Shown: positions 14,140-25,132 of the stretch, piece by piece
Numbering within the stretch: position 1 is the first letter of the stretch
Layout of the letters: the number at the start of each line of letters is the position of its first letter
Assembly (NCBI GenBank): GCA_002269645.1
Contig: NIVC01000539.1
Coordinates: 62,001 to 126,000, forward strand
Length of the DNA: 64,000 bases
DNA from: Macrostomum lignano
Taxonomy: Eukaryota
Direction of reading: 5' to 3'
Notes under the pieces: generated by a model
Seen by the model: only the letters and a program-made list of their open reading frames with translations
Databases searched by the model: none
What the model was told of the DNA's origin: nothing
Program-made: the position numbers and the translations under genes

Positions 14140-17100
14140 GCAAGGTCTGGGCTCTGCGTAGAAGATCCTGAGATTTACGTTTGTGCGCACAACAAAGAGA
14201 AACATGAGAGAGCCCATATTATCGGGGCGTGAGTGAGTGAAAAAAGAAACGCCGTTGAAATGAAAGTATCAGTAACGGAGGTCGACCTTTTCTGGCTAGC
14301 TTTGGATTGTTTTAAATCAATTTTTGGCTAGCGCTCGGAGCTAAGCTCAAACTTGTGCCTGTGGATCAATAGATTCGCTTCGCCACACAGCAAAACAATG
14401 TGGCTCAATGAAGCAACGTGAAGTATGCAAATTTCGAAAATAGCCCCCCCCCCGATGATGGCGAGACTCGGCATGTGCTTCTTTAGTCTCAAAGGCTGCT
14501 TCAATTTCGTCACTCTTCTCTTCAATTGATTGACGTTTTTTTCACAACACATTTCTTTGACGCGCACAAATTGCTTTTTACTTTTGAATGTTCTTGCATT
14601 TCTATTGACTTGCCCACCTATTCTTACCTGGAATTTTCATTGTCTGTCAACAGGCACTGGCGAATCGGGCAAATCAACAATACGAAAGCAGATGCAGATT
14701 ATTCATATTAATGGCTTTAGCAGCAGGTAAGTCGCTTCTTTGTTACTCGTAGTTTTTATTGCTCTATTTGTTTCTCTGTCTGTGGCTCTATCTGTGGCTC
14801 TGTCTGTGGCTCTGTGGCTCTGTCTGTGGCTCTGTGGCTCTGTCTGTGGCTCTGTCTGTGGCTCTGTCTGTGGCTCTGTGGCTCTGTCTGTGGCTCTGTC
14901 TGTGGCTCTGTGGCTCTGTCTGTGGCTCTGTGGCTCTGTCTGTGGCTCTGTGGCTCTGTCTGTGGCTCTGTGGCTCTGTCTGTGGCTCTGTGGCTCTGTC
15001 TGTGGCTCTGTCTGTGGCTCTGTCTGTGGCTCTGTCTGTGGCTCTGTGGCTCTGCCTGTGGCTCTGTGGCTCTGTCTGTGGCTCTGTGGCTCTGTCTGTG
15101 GCTCTGTGGCTCTGTCTGTGGCTCTGTGGCTCTGTCTGTGGCTCTGTCTGTGGCTCTGTCTGTGGCTCTGTATTTTTTGAATAGTTCACTATAGTCCGTG
15201 CGGTTCCCTATGGCCTGTGTGGTTCCCTATGGCCTGTGTTGTTCCCTAAGGCCTGTGTGGTTCCCTATGGCCTGTGTGGTTCCCTATGGCCTGTGTGGTT
15301 CCCTATGTCCTGTGTGGTTCTCTACGGCCTGTGTGGTTCCCTATGGTCTGTGTGGTTCCCTATGGTCTGTGTGGTTCCCTATGGTCTGTGTGGTTCCCTA
15401 TGGTCTGTGTGGTTCCCTATGGTCTGTGTGGTTCCCTATGGCCTGTGTGGTTCCCTATGGCCTGTGTGGTTCCCTATGGCCTGTGTGGTTCCGTGTGGCT
15501 CCCTATGGTCTGTGTGGTTCCGTGTGGGTCTCTATCGTCTGTGTGGTTCCCTATGGTCTGTGTGGTTCCCTATGGTCTGTGTGGTTCCCTATGGTCTGTG
15601 TGGTTCCCTATGGTCTGTGTGGTTCCCTATGGTCTGTGTGGTTCCCTATGGCCTGTGTGGTTCCGTGTGGCTCCCTATAGTCTGTGTGGTTCCGTGTGGA
15701 TCTCTATGGTCTGTGTGGTTCCCTATGGCCTGTGTGGTTCCGTGTGGCTCCCTATAGTCTGTGTGGTTCCGTGTGGATCTCTATGGTCTGTGTGGTTCCC
15801 TATGGTCTGTGTGGTTCCCTATGGTCTGTGTGGTTCCCTATGGCCTGTGTGGTTCCCTAAGGCCTGTGTGGTTCCGTGTGGCTCCCTATAATCTGTGTGG
15901 TTCCGTGTAGCTCTCTATGGCCTGTGTGGCTCTCTATGGCCTGTGTGGTTCCCTATGGCCTGTGTGGTTCCGTGTGGCTCCCTATAGTCTGTGTGGTTCC
16001 ATGTGGGTCTCTATGGTCTGTGTGGTTCCCTATGGTCTGTGTGGTTCCCTATGGCCTGTGTGGTTCCCTAAGGCCTGTGTGGTTCCGTGTGGCTCTCTAT
16101 GGCCTGTGTGGCTCTCTATGGCCTGTGTGGCTCTCTATGGCCTGTGTGGTTCCATATGGCCTGTGTGGTTCCGTGTGGCTCCCTATAGTCTGTGTGGTTC
16201 CATGTGGGTCTCTATGGTCTGTGTGGTTCCATATGGTCTGTGTGGTTCCCTATGGTCTGTGTGGTTCCCTATGGCCTGTGTGGCTCTCTATGGCCTGTGT
16301 GGTTCTCTATGGCCTGTGTGGCTCTCTATGGCCTGTGTGGTTTCCTAAGGCCTGTGTGGTTCCCTATGGTCTGTGTGGTTCCCTATGGCCTGTGTGGCTC
16401 TCTATGGTCTGTGTGGTTCCCTATGGCCTGTGTGGTTCCCTATGGTCTGTGTGGTTCCCTATGGTCTGTGTGGTTCCCTATGGCCTGTGTGGTTCCCTAT
16501 GGCCTGTGTGGTTCCCTATGGCCTGTGTGGTTCCCTATGGCCTGTGTGGTTCCCTATGGCCTGTGTGGTTCCCTATGGCCTGTGTGGTTCCCTATGGCCT
16601 GTGTGGTTCCGTGTGGCTCTCTATGGTCTGTGTGGTTCCCTATGGTCTGTGTGGTACGTTTGAAGTTTTGTGCGGTTTAATGGCTTTTTCTCGCTTTTCA
16701 GAACCGCTACATAGAGTGTTATTTCAGTCTCTAAACTTGCATGTTTTCACGTGTTTCCCCGCTTGCACTGGGCTCAAAGTATCTGACTGGCTACTGCAAA
16801 ACTCGTGACCGATTTCAGAGAGCGCGAAGAGAAGTTGGCCTACATGCGTCGGAATATTCGCGACTCCATAGCAGTGAGTGAGGGGTCACTTCTGCACAAA
16901 TAATTAGCTGTTTATTTATAGCATTCAAATCCATTCAAAGGGGAGCAGCAGGTGCCTAAGGCAATGTCGCTTGATTAAGTGGGCTTCACTGCTGCACCGA
17001 TTACGCAAGCTCTTAGCGATAATTAATTGACAACGGTCCACTCCTAATAATTAGACTTTTCGAAGTCTGTACCTTGCCTTACCTGATAAGCCTTGTCGTA

Positions 17101-20100
17101 ATGTAATTAAATCTGATTCGCGCGCCCAAAGATCCTGGGTTCGATTCCGTACGGGCTTGTGCATGGAAATCAGCCTGAAGCTTGTCCTTGGGCCAAAACC
17201 AAGCCACCGAGTGTGTGAGCTGCGCGCATGCTCGGGAGTCAGTGGGAATAGGCATGACTGCCCGCCTCCTTAACTAGCTGCGGGTTCACATCCGCATCCA
17301 CATCCATATCCACATCCACATCCACATCCACATCCACACCCACATCCATATCCATATCCACATCCACATCCACATCCACACCCACATCCACATCCATATC
17401 CACATCCACATCCATATCCACATCCACATCCACATCCATATCCACATCCACATCCACACCCACATCCACATCCATATCCACATCCACATCCACATCCACA
17501 CCCACATCCACATCCATATCCACATCCACATCCATATCCACATCCACATCCACATCCACATCCACATCCACATCCATATCCACATCCACATCCACATCCA
17601 CACCCACATCCACATCCATATCCACATCCACATCCATATCCACATCCACATCCACATCCACATCCACATCCACATCCACACCCACATCCACATCCATATC
17701 CACATCCACATCCACATCCACATCCACATCCATATCCACATCCACATCCATATCCACATCCACATCCACATCCACATCCACATCCATATCCACATCCACA
17801 TCCACATCCACATCCACACCCACATCCACATCCATATCCACATCCACATCCACATCCACACCCACATCCGCATTCACATCCACATCCACATCCACGTCAG
17901 TATCCACATCCGCATTCACAATTACACCCGCATCTGTATCCGCATCCGTATCCACATCCACCTCCACACCCACATCCGCAGTGCATCATAGCAGCGATGG
18001 ACAAGCTGGGCATAGCCTACACCAGCGAGGAAGCCGCCAGCCTTGGCGCCTGGGTTCTGCGATTGATGGCTGAGAACCACGTGCACAATTCTGTCCAGGC
18101 CGATCAGGATCCGTTTGACTATTCGCAAGAGTTCTTCGACGCCGTGGAGAAACTGTGGCAGGATAAGGGAGTGCAGGAGAGCTTTAGTCAATCTAGCCGC
18201 TATCAGCTCATCGACTGCGCCAAGTAGTGAGTAGTGAGCTCTCTTTTGACGGTCTGTACTGCCAGAAAGGCACTAATGGGATTTGGTTTGCGATTTGAAC
18301 ATAAAAAATTCTATACTTGTTACTCAACCATTAGCAGAATAATGACTTAGTAGATGAGCAGTGTAGCTGAAATCATGGTTTCGCGGCACATAATTGGGCT
18401 CAGGTCATGCTCAGGAGCCAGTGCAGGGGACTCGGTGAGCCAGAGGAAATGCATGACTTCTTGCCTCCTCGCAGGCTGCAGTTCAACTGTCGCATTGATT
18501 TGTGTCCAGTGCCCGTCCGTAGCCTCCCTGCAGACTTAGTAACTAGCTAATAACAATTCCAATGATGGAGTTCATTATTTGAGCGGAGACCAAGGAGATG
18601 GGCAAACTTTTCAGTCCGCATCACTTCATATTTAATGTGCTGAAAGAACCAAAACTATATACCAGTCTAATGCTGATGCTTTGTCCATGGGATTCTGTGA
18701 AGACTCTTGACAATCGTTTGACATGCTAGTGCGTAGCACGCATCTGAAGCCTCAGAAAGCGGGTGGTTCGGATGTCTTGGTAATCTTACTGCTAATCAAC
18801 TGGATTGATTTCGAACAGATGGCAAATTTACCTAATCATCAATATACGCTGATCCCTGCCCTGATTACTGGTTCAATGACTAGGCTACATGACTTGCCAC
18901 TTTGTGTCTGGCTGCCACTTACTAATGCGTTGTATTCTACGTTGAAGTTATAGAATATTATTCTCCTGATATAATGCTGGAGGAATGCTTGAACGCAAAT
19001 AAATTCATTATCATGCAGCATTTTTTAACTTTGCTACTATAGCGTGAATATTCTGAAATATCTGAAGTATCTGTAGCTTCTTCTGTAATGAACCGTCAGG
19101 TTTGATGTGGGTCCCGATTTGTAAGGTTCGCCTGACCACGGCGCAAATAAACTACATTAATTTATTCACAAAACTGCAGCTTCCTGGATCGAGTTCACCT
19201 ATTTCGGGACAAAAGCTACATGCCCACCGATCAGGACATCCTGCGTTGCCGCATAATGACTAATGACATATCGGACATTCAGTTCGACATTAAGGACGGC
19301 CACCACAGTGTGAAGTTTCGGTGAGAATACTGCTTGACTTTCTCATTGTATTTATGTAGCTCCCCCACTTCATTCCTCAACTCAAGCGTAGAGGAAGCTA
19401 AGGCGTAGCTAAGTTGCGTCACTCGCAAAGATTGAGAGACTTTACCTGCACTTTTCGATGTGGCTGATTATAGCTTTTTCTTCTTGTCATTCATCCTCAA
19501 CACATTCATCAATAAACCAAAGTCGCTCGAAGTGACTCAACCAAAGTCAATGATCAGCTAATGTCACTCAACCGAACTAAGTCAACCGAATTCATTAGAC
19601 AAAAGTTACTGAAAAGAAAGTGCTCAAAAAAGTTACTCGTCCCGCCAAACGCAGGGTGTTCGACGTTGGTGGACAAAAAGGCGAGCGCAAAAAGTGGATC
19701 CAATGCTTCAACAATGTCACCGCCATTCTCTACCTATGCGATGTCAGCAGCTTCGACCTGACCCTCAAGGAGGATATCGACTCTGATCGGCCGAAGAATC
19801 GACTGCTCGAATCGCTCGACACGTTCCAGGAGGTGTGGCTCAATCGCTACCTCCAGGACGTGTCCATTCTGCTGTTCATCAACAAAATCGACCAACTGGA
19901 GGAAAAAGTGCGGGCGGGTAAATCGCTACGATCGATGATCAAGTACTGCCAGCAGGGCCTGCAGCTCGAGCAGCAGGAGCTCGAGGAGCAGCAGGTATTT
20001 ATTGATCAGATGAGCAAAATCATTGTCCTGTCCTGTCCTGTCCTGTCCTGTCCTGTCCTGTCCTGTCCTGTCCTGTCCTGTCCTGTCCTGTCCTGTCCTG

Positions 20101-23100
20101 TCCTGTCCTGTCCTGTCCTGTCCTGTCCTGTCCTGTCCTGTCCTGTCCTGTCCTGTCCTGTCCTGTCCTGTCCTGTCCTGTCCTGTCCTGTCCTGTCCTG
20201 TCCTGTCCTATCTGTGTGTGAATTTTGCATTCGCTTTGTTTAAAAATTAAGTCTAAAATTCATGCCAGCATTTGCGTTTAATCCAGTCAAACATTTCCGG
20301 CTTCTTAAAAAGTTTTTGATGAAACAAACTAGCAGTCTACAATCGAAGGACTCTCATATTCCTTTTGAACTAAGAAGTAATTAGGCTTTACAATACGCTG
20401 CAACCTGTAAAATGGAAGAGTTTTGATATTCAGATCCAATGCATTTTTGCTTAATTAGATAACTCAAAAAGTAAAACACGAAAGCGTAAACTCATTTTTT
20501 CAAACGAGTACAAAAATTAACTTTTTAGCAAATCGGCGATGGACTCACGGGTCAGGCAATGAACGGCGTTAGCTTGTCCAGCAGGCACCACCCTGGGGGC
20601 GGCGTTGTCGGTCTTGGCGGCGGCGGCGGCGGCGGCGGTAGCGGCGGCGGCGGCGGCAAGAAGAAGAATGTTGGGCCGCTTGATCTACGCCAATTTGTCT
20701 GTCAGTTCGACTTCGACCAGTTCGAGCCGACAGGTAAAAAATAAATTATGCAGCTTATTTCTCCAGTTCTTCGTTGAGATGCAGCTAACCTCTCCGATTC
20801 TTCGTTTGGATTCAGTTAACCTCTCTGATTCTTCGTTAAGATTCAGTTAACCTCTCCGATTCTTCGTTTGGATTCAGTTAACCTCTCCGATTCTTCGTTT
20901 GGATTCAGTTAACCTCCCCGATTCTTCGTTTGGATTCAGTTAACCTCCCCGATTCTTCGTTTGGATTCAGTTAACCTCTCCGATTCTTCGCTTGGATTCA
21001 GTTAACCTCCCCGATTCTTCGCTTGGATTCAGTTAACCTCTCCGATTCTTCGCTTGGATTCAGTTAACCTCCCCGATTCTTCGCTTGGATTCAGTTAACC
21101 TCTCTGATTCTTCGTTTGGATTCAGCTAACCTCCCCGATTCTTCGTTTGGATTCAGTTAACCTCTCCGATTCTTTGTTTGGATTCAGTTAACCTCTCCGA
21201 TTCTTCGTTTGGATTCAGTTAACCTCCCCGATTCTTCGTTTGGATTCAGTTAACCTCTCCGATTCTTCGCTTGGATTCAGTTAACCTCTCCGATTCTTCG
21301 TTTGGATTCAGTTAACCTCTCCGATTCTTCGTTTGGATTCAGTTAACCTCTCTGATTCTTCGTTTGGATTCAGTTAACCTCTCCGATTCTTCGTTTGGAT
21401 TCAGTTAACCTCTCCGATTCTTTGTTTGGATTCAGTTAACCTCCCCGATTCTTTGTTTGGATTCAGTTAACCTCCCCGATTCTTCGTTTGGATTCAGTTA
21501 ACCTCTCCGATTCTTTGTTTGGATTCAGTTAACCTCCCCGATTCTTCGTTTGGATTCAGCTAACCTCCCCGATTCTTCGTTTGGATTCAGCTAACCTCCC
21601 CGATTCTTTGTTTGGATTCAGTTAACCTCTCCGATTCTTTGTTTGGATTCAGTTAACCTCCCCGATTCTTTGTTTGGATTCAGTTAACCTCTCCGATTCT
21701 TTGTTTGGATTCAGTTAACCTCTCCGATTCTTCGTTTGGATTCAGTTAACCTCCCCGATTCTTCGTTTGGATTCAGTTAACCTCTCCGATTCTTCGCTTG
21801 GATTCAGTTAACCTCTCCGATTCTTCGTTTGGATTCAGTTAACCTCTCCGATTCTTTGTTTGGATTCAGTTAACCTCTCCGATTCTTTGTTTGGATTCAG
21901 TTAACCTCTCCGATTCTTTGTTTGGATTCAGTTAACCTCTCTGATTCTTCGTTTGGATTCAGTTAACCTCTCCGATTCTTCGTTTGGATTCAGTTAACCT
22001 CTCCGATTCTTTGTTTGGATTCAGTTAACCTCTCTGATTCTTCGTTTGGATTCAGTTAACCTCTCCGATTCTTCGTTTGGATTCAGTTAACCTCTCCGAT
22101 TCTTTGTTTGGATTCAGTTAACCTCCCCGATTCTTTGTTTGGATTCAGTTAACCTCCCCGATTCTTCGTTTGGATTCAGTTAACCTCCCCGATTCTTCGT
22201 TTGGATTCAGTTAACCTCCCCGATTCTTCGTTTGGATTCAGCTAACCTCCCCGATTCTTCGTTTGGATTCAGCTAACCTCCCCGATTCTTTGTTTGGATT
22301 CAGTTAACCTCTCCGATTCTTTGTTTGGATTCAGTTAACCTCCCCGATTCTTTGTTTGGATTCAGTTAACCTCTCCGATTCTTTGTTTGGATTCAGTTAA
22401 CCTCTCCGATTCTTTGTTTGGGATTCTGCCTACGTTTTTCCCATCAACTGAATGTGGCTGAATACTTATGCAACTAGACTTTTGTTTATTAACTCAGCAA
22501 CGTGTAGAAGTTCCACGACCCTCACTGGTTTTGAGGTGGAAGTTTTAACACGCTGCTTAGTAGTGCACTAAACATTAAATGTTTCAGGTACTCGTTGGTG
22601 GGTGCGTGATTGATTTTTAGAAAAATATGGCTCAATCAATTTTGTTAAACGTGCACCGTTAGGGAACAAATTTTTAGGATTCGGTACATGTCTCCTGACT
22701 CAATGCTAATGAATGGGTTGTAAAAATGTCAGATAAATGCCAGGTCCTTTTTGTGTAGAGAAGGTTTTGACTGCTCTTTCCTTACTCATCAATATTATTT
22801 CGTTTCTCGTTTCTGTCTTTCTGCCTGACGTCCCAGTCGTGTCTCAGTCGATGCCGCATCTCGGCGCAGCTCAGCTCGCTGTGTACTCAAGTGCTGTACT
22901 CGTTGTTGTTGTTGTTGTTGTAAGGGGCTAGCCTAAGGGGGGCCGTAGCCCAGCGGTAGCGCAGCTGCTCTGGTGTGCCAGCGACCCAGGCTCGATTCCA
23001 AGTGCAGTCACATTAATTTTGGGCTGAATTGGAATCTCGGCTTGGCTCTGCTCGTGCAATTAACGGCCTTGAGAGCCAACCCCCAAGGCGCAGTGAAGTG

Positions 23101-25132
23101 TACATGCCTAACGATAATATAAAGTTAGGGCCGCTGTACACTCCTGTGTGAGTGTGTGCCTGCGTACGTATCCGCGCGCTTGTGTGCCTGCTCAGGGGAG
23201 TCGGCGGAATGGGCAGTAACGCCTCTCGCCGGTTGTGTGCCTATGTCGCTTAAAGTGCGCCAGGGTGCACACAACCCCCCTGCCTCTAATAAAAAATAAA
23301 GGGGCTAGCCTGCCAGCAGGGCGGCAGGGACATAGGCAGCCGCTGTGTCCCTGTCGACAGCCGAAGGGTGGACACTTTGGTTCTCCTGCCACCGGAAACC
23401 GGCAGGAGCCGACGACAGGATTAAGCCGGGTCACCATGACAAGGCAGTGTCCATGACCGTGCCCCCGACGGACTGGGGCACCCGGTCCCTGTTGGGGCCG
23501 GCGGGCTATACTCGTAGCTAGCTGTGTTTTGTGCTACGGGCTGCAATCAGTCAATGCAGTTCTTTCTCGCTCGAACCTTTATTTCGCTGTCTCGCTCGCC
23601 ACTCTGTACCTGTGATCTTTTAAATATGACGCATACGGCATACTCGTATCGATGGAAAATCATAGTGCGAGCGTTTCACAATCTTTTAATTATAGAATCT
23701 ACTATATTACTTCTGTACCTTTGGGGACCCATCATATTTGTGATTAGTAAGAGCGTGTCATATTTTACAGCATTCAAAGAATCATTCCGGAAGGTGGTAT
23801 TTATTGACTAGAAAGCCGAATTTTGCTAAAGTAGAGTGACGCTACGCTCATAAATCGTGCGATGTGAGTATGAAATTACGTCTTTCGAGGGCATTACCAA
23901 AAACTAAACCAATCAGCTTCAAGAGCTTCAGCAACGCGTGTATTTGATTTATGTTTGTAGGTGTGGCTCACTTATTGGAGTAGATAGTTCGGAAACCGTC
24001 AGTCAGTATTTTGTCACAGTTTGGTTTGCAATAAAACTCACGCTTGAACTCACACAAACCCGCAGAAAATGACAAGAAAGAATTTCTGCAGTCATTTCCC
24101 CGCCTGGACGAGCTCGAGGAGGGCATTACAACCGCCGGGACTCAGGAGGCGGCAAGATCAAACGGTCAAGCTAGCGGCGGCGGGAAACGCCGGAGGAAAA
24201 CCAGCGACGTGCCCGTCGTTCACCCGGAGACGGTGAAAACCGCCTGCTATGTGAAAAATGTCTTCATGGTGAGGCAGGGAGGCTGAAGGATGGACGGCTT
24301 CGCTGTTTTGAGTTCAACGGGAGTGCAATGGGAAGGAGTGCGCGGTGTGAGGAGTGTGCAGCGGGAGGGAGTGTGCAGTGGGAGAGAGTGTGCAGTGGGA
24401 GAGAGTGTGCAGTAGGAGAGAGTGTGGAGTAGGAGAGAGTGTGAAGTTGGAGAGAGTGTGCAGTTGGAGAGAGTGTGCAGTAGGAGAGAGTGTGGAGTTG
24501 GAGAGAGTGTGCAGTAGGAGAGAGTGTGAAGTTGGAGAGAGTGTGCAGTAGGAGAGAGTGTGGAGTTGGAGAGAGTGTGCAGTAGGAGAGAGTGTGCAGT
24601 TGGAGAGTGTGCAGTTGGAGAGAGAGAGTGTGCAGTTGGAGAGTGTGCAGTTGGAGAGTGTGCAGTTGGAGAGTGTGCAGTTGGAGAGTGTGCAGTTGGA
24701 GAGTGTGCAGTTGGAGAGAGAGAGTGTGCAGTTGGAGAGAGAGAGTGTGCAGTTGGAGAGTGTGCAGTTGGAGAGTGTGCAGTTGGAGAGTGTGCAGTTG
24801 GAGAGAGAGAGTGTGCAGTTGGAGAGTGTGCAGTTGGAGAGTGTGAAGAGGCAGTGTGCAGTGGCAGTGTGCAGTGGCAGTGTGCAGTGGCAGTGTGCAG
24901 TGGCAGTGTGCAGTGGGGGGGGGAATGCCAGGATGTGCAGAAATATTCGCCTTTCAAACCACAGAAAATAGCGGAACGGAAACGCCAGTCGGATTTCAAA
25001 TACGAGTACCACCACCACACCTGCTGCTGCTACTACACCTGCGCTGTCAACACCGACAATGTGAAGAAGGTGCTGGAGGGCTGCCGGACCTTCATCATAG
25101 ACAAGCACCTGGAGCGATTCGGCATTCTGTGA
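11494..25132 (+). CDS. Heterotrimeric G-protein alpha subunit, divergent Gs-class (GNAS/G-alpha-f-like), 517 aa. Exons 11494-11617, 14654-14726, 16819-16873, 17982-18226, 19180-19320, 19655-19994, 20529-20733, 24066-24268, 24965-25132
   Basis: All junctions are GT-AG and phase-consistent (sum 1554 nt = 518 codons). G boxes: [33 protein letters not shown]. Gs-like segments: [29 protein letters not shown]. The N-terminus MTCCF has Cys but no Gly2. C-terminus HLERFGIL-stop. Confidence 0.93.
11708..12495. repeat. 24-bp minisatellite in G-alpha intron 1
   Basis: GGTCCTAATGGCAGGTAGAGAGAA. Confidence 0.97.
13080..13688. repeat. 64-bp minisatellite, ~9.5 copies
   Basis: GCTTTGTTTATGGTAGAAGTGGATAG...CAACCACAGTCACATG...GGCCTAATGG. 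Confidence 0.95.
14050..14136. repeat. (GA)n microsatellite
   Basis: Direct inspection. Confidence 0.97.
14775..16655. repeat. Adjacent arrays: 10/14-bp TGTGGCTCTG(TC) (14775-15170) and 19-bp GGTTCCCTATGGCCTGTGT (15196-16655)
   Basis: Direct inspection; they fill G-alpha intron 2. Confidence 0.96.
17286..17980. repeat. (CACATC)n hexamer array
   Basis: Runs up to the acceptor AG at 17980-17981. Confidence 0.97.
20025..20208. repeat. (TGTCC)n pentamer array
   Basis: Direct inspection. Confidence 0.97.
20785..22424. repeat. 31-bp minisatellite, ~52 copies
   Basis: GGATTCAGTTAACCTCTCCGATTCTTCGTTT. Confidence 0.97.
22935..23298 (+). mobile_element. tRNA-derived SINE (family B), full length, 13-bp TSD
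   Basis: A box TAGCCCAGCGG, B box GGCTCGATTCC, A-rich tail AATAAAAAATAAA; TSD AAGGGGCTAGCCT at 22922-22934 and 23299-23311. Confidence 0.9.
24335..24915. repeat. 15-19-bp GAGAGTGTGCAGTTG array
   Basis: Fills the last G-alpha intron. Confidence 0.95.

Noticed and set aside
20785-22424. CRISPR-like appearance of 31-35-bp repeats (also 56872-57165)
   Set aside because: The units are contiguous with no unique spacers, there are no cas genes, and the context is eukaryotic.
23455-23487. GC-rich stem-loop next to SINE B
   Set aside because: It is short and shows no hammerhead, HDV or Helitron-end consensus that I can support.
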